Shown here one piece after another: positions 47,109 through 56,949 of a stretch of 64,000 nucleotides of DNA (its first letter is position 1; every line of letters begins with the position of its first letter). Where the stretch lies: positions 1,120,001 to 1,184,000 of the forward strand of contig OZ244922.1 of the NCBI GenBank assembly GCA_965221905.1, written 5' to 3'. The position numbers and the translations under genes are program-made. The stretch is from Chloroflexota bacterium (GTDB taxonomy: Bacteria; Chloroflexota; UBA11872; VXOZ01). The notes below the pieces were generated by a model. The model searched no databases. It had not been told where the DNA came from and worked only from the letters and a program-made list of their open reading frames with translations.

Positions 47109-49028
47109 ATGCCAAACAAACCGCCAACGCCGCGTCTCTTTGACAACACCTCCGATTGGTTCCCCATCAACCGCTCATGGCAATTCGAACCGCCGGCCGA
47201 TCTTCATGGGGCGATGTCGCCGCATGAGGTCGAAGCCGCCAGTGGACACACGTTCGTAGCCACGCTCATCTTGGGGCCGAAACTTACGCTGCCTACCGGC
47301 GCGCACATCACGCTGGAGGTACCGAGCACGTGGGAGTGTCACCTTGGGAACCCTTACCCGCGCGGTTTGAAGACCGTCGGCAGCCGCGAGCCCGGGCAGA
47401 TTCGCAAAGTAGGCTACGGGGCATTCACTGACGTGGAATGCTCGCGGCCTGACGTGATTCTAGCCCTTGCCGCATCTTGGGGACGGCACATGGACCTGGT
47501 GGACGTGGTGGTGCAGGAGGGAGAGCTCGAACCGGGAGACTCGGTGCGTATTATCCTGGGGCCGCCGGACGGCAATCTGGTGCAGGCGCAACGCTACGCG
47601 CAGGTGGCAATCTTCACGGTGGGCGTGGACCGCGAGGGCGATGGGACGTATCGCCGCGCCGCTGCGCACCCCACAGTGCGTGTGGTGGGCGCACACGCTG
47701 AACGCTTCAAGGTGTTCGCGCCTGCCGTCGTCCAACCCGGCGAGGATTTCTCGATTCGCGTGCTGCCGGTGGACGGTTACAGTTACAATGCGGCGACCGG
47801 TTATCGGGGAGAAGCGCAAACAATTGCCACTAATGGCCTTGACGTGCCGAACAGCGTGGCGCTTGACCAAGCGGCATCGCCCACGGGCGCTTCCATCTCC
47901 GCCCAAGCCACGCAAACAGGCATTCACCGCGTTACGGTAGTTGACCCCGCCACCGGCATCGCGGGCAAGAGCAACCCCATTGGCGCGGGGTTCTTTCCCG
48001 ACCGGTGCGTGTACTTTGGCGAGATGCACAGCCAGATGTGGCACAGCCAGGGGACCGGCACCACGGCAGAGTTCTTTCAGTGGGGGCGCGACGTGGCCGG
48101 TCTCGACTTCTGCGCACCGGCCAACCACTACAAGATGCGCTTCGAGATCGTCGACGACGTCTGGCAGGAAGTGGTGGATACCTCAAACGTTTTCAACGAT
48201 CCTCACCGGTTCGCCACGCTGGTAAGCCATGAGTGGGGCACGGGCAATCCCAACGGTCACAAGAACATCTACCACCGCGGCGATAGCGCCGAGTTCATTT
48301 GTTCGTTTGGCCCGGGCGGCATGACCCCGAATGAGCTTTGGGACATTTTACAAGGCCGTGATGCGCTGACCATTCCCCACCACACCAAGTTCGGCAACGT
48401 CACCAATTGGGAATACCGCAACGATACGCACCAGCGGTTGGTGGAGATTTGCTCAAGCTGGGGTATCTCTGAGACGGGCGGGCCGAAGAGTGTGCAGCGG
48501 GCGCTGGCTATGGGGCATCGCCTCGGCTTCATCGGCGGCACCGATTCTCATCACGGGTTGGCGAACCAGGGCAGCTTCTTCGTGGACGACGGCAACGGTC
48601 TTGCCTGCGTGATCGCACCCACTTTGACTCGTGATTCCATTTGGCAGGCTCTCTACAAGCGCCGGTGCTACGCCACCACCGGTGACCGCATTTTGTTGGA
48701 CTTCTCAATGAACAACGCGCCCATGGGTACCGACCTTGCGGTGGACTTGGCGGATTACGGCTCCCGCCATTTTGCCATGCGCGTCGCGGGCACTTACCGG
48801 ATTGACCGTATCGAATTGCTACGCAACAACGAGGTGGTTTTCAATACCTGTCCGAACAGCGACGTTTGGGAGGGCACATGGGCCGACGCCGAGCCCCTGG
48901 CGGCGCTTTCGCTCACGCCCACGTATTCGTACGACCGACCTTTTGTCTTTTACTACCTGCGGGTCACACAGGGAAACCGTCAGATGGCATGGGCAAGTCC
49001 GATCTGGCTGACTGGCCGGGAGAACTGA
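47109..49028 (+). CDS. DUF3604 / PHP-like metallohydrolase domain protein
   Basis: YFGEMHS, GLDF, HEW, GHKN, TIPHH, VEI.S.WG, GFIGGTDSH, CYATTG.RI, YYLRV.Q..AWASPIW. Confidence 0.8.
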   Translation: MPNKPPTPRLFDNTSDWFPINRSWQFEPPADLHGAMSPHEVEAASGHTFVATLILGPKLTLPTGAHITLEVPSTWECHLGNPYPRGLKTVGSREPGQIRKVGYGAFTDVECSRPDVILALAASWGRHMDLVDVVVQEGELEPGDSVRIILGPPDGNLVQAQRYAQVAIFTVGVDREGDGTYRRAAAHPTVRVVGAHAERFKVFAPAVVQPGEDFSIRVLPVDGYSYNAATGYRGEAQTIATNGLDVPNSVALDQAASPTGASISAQATQTGIHRVTVVDPATGIAGKSNPIGAGFFPDRCVYFGEMHSQMWHSQGTGTTAEFFQWGRDVAGLDFCAPANHYKMRFEIVDDVWQEVVDTSNVFNDPHRFATLVSHEWGTGNPNGHKNIYHRGDSAEFICSFGPGGMTPNELWDILQGRDALTIPHHTKFGNVTNWEYRNDTHQRLVEICSSWGISETGGPKSVQRALAMGHRLGFIGGTDSHHGLANQGSFFVDDGNGLACVIAPTLTRDSIWQALYKRRCYATTGDRILLDFSMNNAPMGTDLAVDLADYGSRHFAMRVAGTYRIDRIELLRNNEVVFNTCPNSDVWEGTWADAEPLAALSLTPTYSYDRPFVFYYLRVTQGNRQMAWASPIWLTGREN

Positions 49029-49119
49029 CTCCGCAGCCATAGCTGACGAAGCAGGCGGCATCGGTATATTCTGGAAGTAAGCGGCTTTCTCTAAACGGGA
49101 AATATCTTCCAGGAGAATC

Positions 49120-50724
49120 GTGTTGCGAGACCTGCGACCATTTAGCGGCAGTTCCCATTCCACGGTGATGCCTTGGCTTGGCCCAGGGATCGCACGGTGG
49201 GCGGCGGCATTCGTGCTGGCAGCCGTGAGCGCCCTATGGGTGCCGGTCGCGCCTATTCATGCTGCGGACGCCAGTCCCCAGGAGCAAGCGATCGCTCGCC
49301 TGAACGAATTGCGCGCGCACGCGCAATCGCCTCCCGTGCAGGTCGATTCTGCTCTGCAGCAGGCAGCGGAGGCGCACGCGGCATACTACGCGGTGAATGG
49401 GTTTACGGGGCACCAGCAGGATCCCTTGAAATCCGGCTTTACCGGCGCGACACCAGCCGACCGCATGCAAGCCGCCGGGTTTGCCGGAAAGTGTTCCGGC
49501 GAGTCCGCCTCCTCGATTGGTGATGATCCGGTCGCGGCAGTAGACGCCCTGGTGAATAGCGTTTATCATCGCACGGTCATGTTGCATCCGGCGTTGACTT
49601 TCGTGGGGTACGGGCAGAGCGCCGGCGGGAGCGTGTTCAACTTTGGCGGCTGTCTAGAGGGCGCGCAGGATGTTGATCGACTGTACATCTATCCCGGTGA
49701 AGGGCAAGCGGACGTACCGACCGGCTTCTTGCCGAAAACCGAGCAGCCGAACCCGCTGCCGGACAGCGCAGGCTTCGTTGGCAGTCCCATCAGCGTTGGC
49801 GTGTCGCCTTGGTTGGAAGAATCCCTTGCGATCACGAATGTGCAGATCGTCGATCAGGGCGGGGTAACCTTGCCATACCGCCGTGTTGACGACGGAAGCT
49901 GGGCCTACTTCATCACCGATCTTCCCTTGGGCGCCGGTCAGACATTCACGGTGAATATCACAGGAAATGCCGCGGAAAGTGAGGTAGGCGCCTTTGTCCG
50001 CACCTGGTCGTTCACGACCGAATCCGCTTACTTGCCGTATACAATCCGTCTGCGCTTTAGGGAAGGACCTCCGCGTCTGCTAACGGAATATGAAAACGAA
50101 GATTTTGCTTGCTACGGCCAGACCACAGGACAAACCCCCACGCTGGCTGATGCGGTGGTCACGTTGCCCTGTTACGACGTTGTGAATGACTCGGATTGGT
50201 ACGACGCAGTGCCGTTTCTCACCGAATTTCAACGGGTAGGAGGTGTCGGGGCGCTCGGCTATCCGCTCACTCGCGCCATAACCTTTGAAGGCAGGCCGAC
50301 GCAATTCTTTCAGAAGGGCATATTGCAATGGCAGCCGGCCGCCCAGTCCTTTACTTACCTCAACGTCTTCGACATTCTTAGCGAAAAGGGATTTGACCCG
50401 GTGCTCGCGGCCCAGCACCTCATTCCCCCGCCATTTGATACCTCAGTGGACGATGGGCTCAATTGGGACCAAGTGATGGCGCGGCACATTGCCATCATGG
50501 CTGAGGTACCCGCTATCGCCAGCCACGTCTTGGGAACGCCCAATTGGCTGGACCGCTACGGTCTGCCCATGAGCGTCCAGGACTACGGAGACGTGGTGGT
50601 TGTCCGAGCGCAGCGGGCGGCGTTTCAGTGGTGGCGGATCGATACGACCTTCGCCAAGGCAGGGGAGGTAACGGTCGTGAATAGTGGGGACATCGCCAAG
50701 GCGTTGGGGGCCTTTGTCCGATAG
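49120..50724 (+). CDS. Secreted CAP (SCP) domain protein with Ig-like and C-terminal GYP-repeat modules
   Basis: Signal peptide (IHA-A); LNELR..LQQAAEAHA..GH..GES..SVYHR; C-terminal GG...LGYPLT..QFFQK..LQW and YGLPMS..QRA. Confidence 0.8.
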   Translation: MLRDLRPFSGSSHSTVMPWLGPGIARWAAAFVLAAVSALWVPVAPIHAADASPQEQAIARLNELRAHAQSPPVQVDSALQQAAEAHAAYYAVNGFTGHQQDPLKSGFTGATPADRMQAAGFAGKCSGESASSIGDDPVAAVDALVNSVYHRTVMLHPALTFVGYGQSAGGSVFNFGGCLEGAQDVDRLYIYPGEGQADVPTGFLPKTEQPNPLPDSAGFVGSPISVGVSPWLEESLAITNVQIVDQGGVTLPYRRVDDGSWAYFITDLPLGAGQTFTVNITGNAAESEVGAFVRTWSFTTESAYLPYTIRLRFREGPPRLLTEYENEDFACYGQTTGQTPTLADAVVTLPCYDVVNDSDWYDAVPFLTEFQRVGGVGALGYPLTRAITFEGRPTQFFQKGILQWQPAAQSFTYLNVFDILSEKGFDPVLAAQHLIPPPFDTSVDDGLNWDQVMARHIAIMAEVPAIASHVLGTPNWLDRYGLPMSVQDYGDVVVVRAQRAAFQWWRIDTTFAKAGEVTVVNSGDIAKALGAFVR

Positions 50725-50822
50725 ACTTGGCGCATGGGGCAGTTTGTAGCCGCTCATGCCCGTTAGGTACACTGAATGTAGAAACCCAAGCAGGGCCATG
50801 CAGCGAAATAAATGATTAACCC

Positions 50823-51500
50823 ATGATTGTTGACTTTCATTCCCACACTTTTCTTAGTGACGGCGTGCTCTCACCGGCGGAGTTGGTGCAGCGCGCCGTT
50901 GCCGCCGGATACCGGGCTATAGCAATCACCGACCACGTGGGATATGCAAACTACCAATACGTCTGTGAAGCCCTGTTGCGTGAGTGTGAGGTCATTAATC
51001 GGGAGTTGCCCATCACGGCTCTCGCCGGAGTAGAGATTACGCACGTCGCCCCGCGCGCGCTTGGCGCGCTCGCAGAGCGCTGCAAAGCAGCAGGGGCGCA
51101 AGTGGTTGCGGTGCACGGCGAGACGATTTCGGAGCCCGTGCCACCGGGCACGAACGCGGCGGCGGCGGAGTGTACGGCGGTAGACCTCTTAGCTCATCCC
51201 GGATTGCTAACGGTGGATGATGCCTGCGTTGGGCGTGAGCGCGGCCTCGTGTTTGAGCTCTCCGCCCGCAAAGGACACAGTGCCGCAAACGGGCGGGTGG
51301 CGCGGGTCTGCCGGGAAGTCGGCGCTACCATGGTTGTAAACAGCGATTCTCATGCGCCGGGAGACCTGCTGACTGAGGCAGTTGTGGCAAATATTGTCGT
51401 CGGCGCCGGCCTGGACCGCGCGCAGATCGATTTGATACGGGAGGATAACCCTGCCGCTCTCCTGATGCGGTGTGGGTTTTCTACCGGAAAACTGAAATAG
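50823..51500 (+). CDS. PHP-family (histidinol-phosphatase-like) protein
   Basis: DFHSHTFLSDG, ITDH, GVEITH, VHGET, LAHPG, NSDSH. Confidence 0.9.
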   Translation: MIVDFHSHTFLSDGVLSPAELVQRAVAAGYRAIAITDHVGYANYQYVCEALLRECEVINRELPITALAGVEITHVAPRALGALAERCKAAGAQVVAVHGETISEPVPPGTNAAAAECTAVDLLAHPGLLTVDDACVGRERGLVFELSARKGHSAANGRVARVCREVGATMVVNSDSHAPGDLLTEAVVANIVVGAGLDRAQIDLIREDNPAALLMRCGFSTGKLK

Positions 51501-51526
51501 AAGAAACGGCAAAAGAGAGCAAACCA

Positions 51527-53998
51527 GTGGCAGAGAGAAAAAAGAAGCCGTCGGAAGGTCGCTCGAAATCGGGGTCTCCAGACGCCGCAAACGGTGACCC
51601 AGCCAAGAAGAAGCGGGCCCCGGTGCGTCGCGACCGTGAGGTCGACTTGATGGACGCAATGTTGAATCCGGTGGAACTGCCGGTACTGGCCATCCGCGAT
51701 CAGGTGGTCTTTCCCGGAATGACGGTGCCGCTCATCGTGGCGCGCGAGCGGTCTCTGGAGGCCGTGAGCAATGCCCTTGATGGCGACCGGAGACTCTTCG
51801 TAGTTACGCAGCGCGACCCTACCATTGACGACGTTAATCCTGAAGACTTCTACTTTGTCGGAGTCGAGGTCACGATTCGGCGCACGTTGAAGATGCCGGA
51901 CGGCAGCGTGAGCATCCTGGTGGAGGGACAACGCCGCTTGACGATCACGCACTTTATCCAGATGGACCCGCACATTCGCGTGCAGGCGATTGTTGTCGAA
52001 GCGCCCGCTGCGGAAGGCGAAGAGCTTACCCCGCAGATGCAGGCGATGCTGGCGCTCTTCAAGGAAGCGGTAGAACTCAGCAAGGACCTTCCCGACGAAG
52101 CGTACGTACAGGCGATCAACACGCACGATGCCGGCGCCCTCGCAGACTTGGTTGCATATACTATCGATCTAACCACGCCGGTGCAGCAAGAACTGTTGGA
52201 AGAACTTGACATAGACGCGCGGGCGGATCAGGTGATTGCCCACTTGCGGCGGGAGTTGGAGATTCTGGCGTTACAGCGCAAGATCGACGAGGATGCCGCG
52301 CCCACGTCCTCCGACGCCGAGGAGCACGAGCGCTTCCTGCGCGAGCAGCTCAAGCTCATCCACAAAGAATTGGGTGAGACCGATCAGGTGAGCAGCGACA
52401 TTGCCGCCTTGCGGGAGCGCGTGGAGGAGACGGCCCTACCGGAAGGCGTCAGGGAAAAAACCTATAAAGAACTCGACCGCTTGGAAGCAATGCCCACCGC
52501 CAGCCCGGAAGTGAGCGTTATCCAAACCTACCTCGATTGGCTGCTGGCGCTGCCATGGGGAGAGCCGAGCCCGGATGACCTGGAAATCGAGCACGCCAAG
52601 AAGGTGCTGGACACTAACCACTTCGGCCTGCCCAAGGTCAAAGAGCGCATTCTGGAATACATCGCGGTGCGCAAGCTGGCCCCCGACGTGCGCACGCCGA
52701 TTCTCTGCTTCGTGGGGCCGCCGGGGGTGGGAAAAACGTCGCTGGGCCTCTCCATTGCGCAAGCGCTCGGCCGGAAGTTCGTCCGCCTCTCACTGGGTGG
52801 AATTCGAGATGAGGCCGAGATTCGCGGTCACCGGCGCACTTACGTGGGGGCGTTGCCGGGACGTATTTTGCAGGCGATGCGCCAAGTGGGGACGGTGAAT
52901 CCGGTCTTCATGCTGGATGAAATCGAAAAGATGGGCGCTGACTTCCGGGGAGACCCGTCGGCGGCCTTGCTCGAGGTGCTGGACCCGGAGCAGAACTATG
53001 CCTTTTCGGACCACTACCTCGAGGTCCCTTATGATCTGTCCCACGTCATTTTCATCACGACCGGCAACACGATAGACACGCTGGCGGTGGCGTTGCGCGA
53101 TCGTATGGAAGTCATCGAGCTTCCCGGCTATACCGAGGAAGACAAGCTGCCGATTGCAACCCGCTATATCGTACCGAAGCAGCGCGCCGAGCACGGCCTC
53201 AAGAAGAGTAACGTGCGCTTCACCGAAGGTGCATTGCGGCGCATGGTGCGCCAATACACGCGCGAGGCGGGCGTGCGCAGTCTGGAACGACAGGTGGCGA
53301 CGGTCTGTCGCAAGGTTGCGCGCAAACACGCGGAAGGCGACGACGCGACGGTCTCGGTGAGCGTTCGAAATCTGAATTCGTACCTGGGCGCGCCCCAGTT
53401 TTTCCACGGCATGGCGGAAGAAGACGACCAGGTAGGCACGGCGACCGGCCTCGTGTGGACGGAATTCGGCGGCGACATTATCGCAGTGGAAGTTACCTTG
53501 GTGCCGGGGAAGGGCAAGCTCATTCTCACCGGCAAGCTGGGTGAAGTGATGAAGGAGTCCGGGCGCGCGGCATTGAGCTATGTGCGCGTGAACGCCGAGC
53601 GGCTTGGTTTGCAGGACTTCAATTGGGAGAAACTGGACGTGCACATCCATGTGCCTGCGGGCGGCGTACCGAAAGAAGGCCCAAGCGCCGGCATAACGCT
53701 CACCTCGGCGCTGATCTCGGCGTTAACCGAGCGGGCGGTGCGGCGCGACGTGGCCATGACGGGCGAAATGACGCTGCGGGGCCGTGTGCTGCCTATTGGG
53801 GGACTCAAAGAAAAGGTGCTCGCCGCGCATCGCGCCGGTATTCGCACGATCATCTTGCCGAAGGAGAACACCAAAGACCTGGTGGACATTCCGGAACACG
53901 TGCGCGACGAAATGACGTTCCATCCGGTAGAGAACGTGAGCGAAGCGCTGGCAATAGCGCTCCATCCCCAGAAGAAGCGGGTCAAGGCAACGGCGTAG
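51527..53998 (+). CDS. lon: ATP-dependent protease La (start uncertain, ORF open from 51470)
   Basis: N-domain LPVL..VVFPG, Walker [29 protein letters not shown] (Ser), GGLKEK (Lys). Confidence 0.97.
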   Translation: MAERKKKPSEGRSKSGSPDAANGDPAKKKRAPVRRDREVDLMDAMLNPVELPVLAIRDQVVFPGMTVPLIVARERSLEAVSNALDGDRRLFVVTQRDPTIDDVNPEDFYFVGVEVTIRRTLKMPDGSVSILVEGQRRLTITHFIQMDPHIRVQAIVVEAPAAEGEELTPQMQAMLALFKEAVELSKDLPDEAYVQAINTHDAGALADLVAYTIDLTTPVQQELLEELDIDARADQVIAHLRRELEILALQRKIDEDAAPTSSDAEEHERFLREQLKLIHKELGETDQVSSDIAALRERVEETALPEGVREKTYKELDRLEAMPTASPEVSVIQTYLDWLLALPWGEPSPDDLEIEHAKKVLDTNHFGLPKVKERILEYIAVRKLAPDVRTPILCFVGPPGVGKTSLGLSIAQALGRKFVRLSLGGIRDEAEIRGHRRTYVGALPGRILQAMRQVGTVNPVFMLDEIEKMGADFRGDPSAALLEVLDPEQNYAFSDHYLEVPYDLSHVIFITTGNTIDTLAVALRDRMEVIELPGYTEEDKLPIATRYIVPKQRAEHGLKKSNVRFTEGALRRMVRQYTREAGVRSLERQVATVCRKVARKHAEGDDATVSVSVRNLNSYLGAPQFFHGMAEEDDQVGTATGLVWTEFGGDIIAVEVTLVPGKGKLILTGKLGEVMKESGRAALSYVRVNAERLGLQDFNWEKLDVHIHVPAGGVPKEGPSAGITLTSALISALTERAVRRDVAMTGEMTLRGRVLPIGGLKEKVLAAHRAGIRTIILPKENTKDLVDIPEHVRDEMTFHPVENVSEALAIALHPQKKRVKATA

Positions 53999-54341
53999 GG
54001 CGTTCTTTATAAGTGTGTGCCAACCGTTCTGTTCGTTTCGCGATAGCGCTCCCGCATGAGATGAGCGGCCTTTCCCTTGCACGTGGGTATCCATCTGGTC
54101 CGCTCTATAGGATCGAGGTAGCGTGGGTTTCATGTCTGCGCTAGGCGAGTGTGAGACTTGCCCTTTTTGTCGCCTGTTCCTCCATCGCCAAGTCCCCGGC
54201 CTTCTTTCGTGCGAGATTCCGTTTGTAGTGCGTTCTCTTCCCCTGGACTCCGGCTTTCGCCGGAGAGACGGTCTGCGCTGGCGCGTTGAGCAACACGCGG
54301 TGCACCCGGTAGGTAACTGCTAGTCTCTTTAACGCGCTGTA

Positions 54342-55481
54342 TTACACATAGTGCAGCAGCGTATTCGTCACGCGTTTGAAGACTTGAATTGCCCGCTGTG
54401 CTCCCAAGTGCTTGCCCGCGGTGCCGTTGTTGATTTCGTAGAATGCGTGTGGCACTCCAAGGCGTTTGGCGAATTGGTAACAGAGCGTGTTGGGTTGGTG
54501 GATGCTGGCGCGCTCGTGGGTGGAGGGACCGTCGGTCTCCAGGCGCATCGTATCGCATAGTGCCGTGTAGAGCCGACGCTGGTCGGCGTTATCGTAGAGC
54601 GTGTAGTCTGCTACCTCGTACCAGCCGTCGTAGGGATACTCGCTGTTGAGCCGCCAGCCGGTAAAGCAGTGGAAATTCATCCAGAGCGCGGGCTTTTCCG
54701 TGGCTACCCAGTTCCAGAGTAGGCGGCTTTCGTGGGCCTCCGGTAGTGCGGCATCGGGATTGTCGCCAAAGGCCTGGTACATGTCGAACCCCTCGGCATT
54801 GAAAGCGTTGCGGCCCAGCACGTTGCCGTCCGGATTCACCATGGGCACGACGAACACCTCAAGCTCACTGCGGAGCGCCTCTGCCTCAGGCAACGCCGAA
54901 GAGATGAAGTCGGCAATGCCGAATACGCCCCATACGCCGGCGTGCTCGTGGGGATGCTGACCGGCCACGCAGAAGAGTTTCGGCTTGCCCGGCGTGCCTG
55001 CGCGCAGTCCGAGAATATCTCGTCCCTGTACGGTCGTGCCCACCGAAAAGAGCGAGCAGCGGTCGGCGCGCGCTGCCGCAAATTCGCGCAGGAGCGCGGC
55101 GACCTCGCTGTACGGCGCGACGTAGGTCATAGCGACGCGCACGTCCTGGTCTTCTTCCACGGGTACCGTGAAGGTTATGTGACCCTCACTACTGGCGGGC
55201 GGCGTGCCCGGCAAAGGCCGGTAGCGATGAAAGTCCACCGGCTTGAACCAAATCGTCGTGGGGAAGAGCGTGCGGAAGCCGGTGGGCTTTCCGAACTTTG
55301 CATCTTCCCAGAGCTCGATTGTCACGTCCGCGGCTGGCCCTTCGTTGATGATGTCGAAGCAGAAGTAGGCGCAGTAGCCGCTCTGCTTATCGCCGTCAAC
55401 TTGCAAGCGGAAGTGGGCCGGCCCCACTTGCTCGATTGCCTTGCCGTTGCCGCACTCGACCTTGCTTGTGATTCTAATCAT
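54342..55481 (-). CDS. M14 zinc-carboxypeptidase-like protein
   Basis: ECGN N-domain, GQHPHE (HxxE), VPMVNPDG, HESR, NFH, C-terminal FYE; AAGGAG RBS before ATG 55481. Confidence 0.82.
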   Translation of the reverse strand: MIRITSKVECGNGKAIEQVGPAHFRLQVDGDKQSGYCAYFCFDIINEGPAADVTIELWEDAKFGKPTGFRTLFPTTIWFKPVDFHRYRPLPGTPPASSEGHITFTVPVEEDQDVRVAMTYVAPYSEVAALLREFAAARADRCSLFSVGTTVQGRDILGLRAGTPGKPKLFCVAGQHPHEHAGVWGVFGIADFISSALPEAEALRSELEVFVVPMVNPDGNVLGRNAFNAEGFDMYQAFGDNPDAALPEAHESRLLWNWVATEKPALWMNFHCFTGWRLNSEYPYDGWYEVADYTLYDNADQRRLYTALCDTMRLETDGPSTHERASIHQPNTLCYQFAKRLGVPHAFYEINNGTAGKHLGAQRAIQVFKRVTNTLLHYV

Positions 55482-55826
55482 GTGATGCTCCTTGGCTTCA
55501 GGTGTTCTATGGCGCTTGTGCTTGCCTATTTCACGTCGGTGCTCATCAGTGTACGGCATACGGAGGGTAATCGACCATTGGTCGTTGAGGAATGGAAAGT
55601 GCTCGACGGAGCAAGACGCGCTTGGGAGGTCTTCCGAATTGGTCGCATCGTATCTTGCGATGTGGTTGCAGCCTGAGTAAGGTGGTAGTGACAAGCCCCG
55701 GAAATGCCATGTGCGAATGCGATGTCTTGCGGAGGCAGTTTGAGCGCTTCAGGGGCCAAACGGTCAGAATAGCGAAGAGTCTGGGCATTGGCATCGGCGC
55801 TCCGACCCAAAGACAGAGATCATCAA

Positions 55827-56483
55827 ATGTTGCGTATCGAACACATCCAGAACCCAAACAGGCTATGGGCGTTTCCGGTGATCGGCGGCGCCATCAAGCT
55901 CTTGATCGTGATTCCGGTGAGTATCTGGCTGTTGTTCGTAGATATCGCCGCAATTGTCCTCAGCATCATCAACGGGTTTGTTGTGCTCTTTACCGGCAAG
56001 TACTGGGAGCCTGCCTATGCTCTCGCCGTGGGTTCGATGCGGCTCACGGCCAAAGCCAACTGCTTCTTTCTCGGCCTCAGCGATGCGTACCCTGGATTTT
56101 CGCTCGAATCTAGCGACGAGATACGGCTTGAATTTGCGATGCCGACCCAGCCGAACCGCTTACTTGCGCTGCCATTGGTTGGTGGAATCTTCCGGTTTGC
56201 CGTACTCGTCCCCTTTTTCATCTTCCTATTTGTAATCGGACTTCTGGTCGTGCTCGTGTACTGGTTCACCTGGATTCCCGTGCTCCTCATAGGCCGGTAT
56301 CCTGAAGGTCTCTTCAATCTCATGGTATATTCGCAGCGGCTCCAACTTAGGCTTTCTGCCTTTACGTTCGGACTTTCGGACACCTATCCGCTGTTCGACG
56401 AAGAAGGACTTGGCCCGGATGAGTGGGGTCCTGGGAGGCATGATAGAGTTTACCGGCCTCTTGGGCCAGAGACCTTCCGGTAA
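55827..56483 (+). CDS. DUF4389 membrane protein (internally duplicated)
   Basis: Two repeats PNRL.A.P..GG...VL..G(K/R)Y.....GLSD.YP.F. Confidence 0.8.
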   Translation: MLRIEHIQNPNRLWAFPVIGGAIKLLIVIPVSIWLLFVDIAAIVLSIINGFVVLFTGKYWEPAYALAVGSMRLTAKANCFFLGLSDAYPGFSLESSDEIRLEFAMPTQPNRLLALPLVGGIFRFAVLVPFFIFLFVIGLLVVLVYWFTWIPVLLIGRYPEGLFNLMVYSQRLQLRLSAFTFGLSDTYPLFDEEGLGPDEWGPGRHDRVYRPLGPETFR

Positions 56484-56631
56484 TTTGCTTTTACGTTAGC
56501 TACTGTGGCTTAGAAGTCTTCTCACACCTCTACTAGCTGTAAGCGCGCCTACGCTCGTGCAAAGCCAATGCAAGTTGCACAGCGGCTGTTCCCTTTGCAT
56601 GCTATAGATTCAAGAATATTTTGTCTGAGCA

Positions 56632-56886
56632 GTGGCAATGAGAGACTCATTGGTGTTTGAATCCAGAATCTTTACTGGCGGTCGAACGACGCTGCCTAGG
56701 GCAGTGCGCGATGCCCTCGGCCTGCAGACTGGCGATCGGGTGCGCTATGTCGTCCTGGAAAGTGAAGTGCGGATCATCAAGGTCCGCTCAATCGGCCGTT
56801 TGTACGGCGTGCTGCAGCATCACGGCCCGGCCGTTACCCTGGAGGAGTTAGAATGTGCCATCAAAGCTAGGGCAATTGAGGCGTAG
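56632..56886 (+). CDS. AbrB/MazE/SpoVT-family DNA-binding protein (antitoxin-like)
   Basis: SRI..GRTTLPRAVRDALGLQTGDRVRY swapped-hairpin motif; C-terminal LYGVL..VTLEE as in VapB-type antitoxins. Confidence 0.8.
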   Translation: MAMRDSLVFESRIFTGGRTTLPRAVRDALGLQTGDRVRYVVLESEVRIIKVRSIGRLYGVLQHHGPAVTLEELECAIKARAIEA

Positions 56887-56949
56887 TCGCTCTATGTGCA
56901 GTCAGCTCGCCTGTTACTGTTTGACATGGCTTTGGCGGAGTGCAATGTA

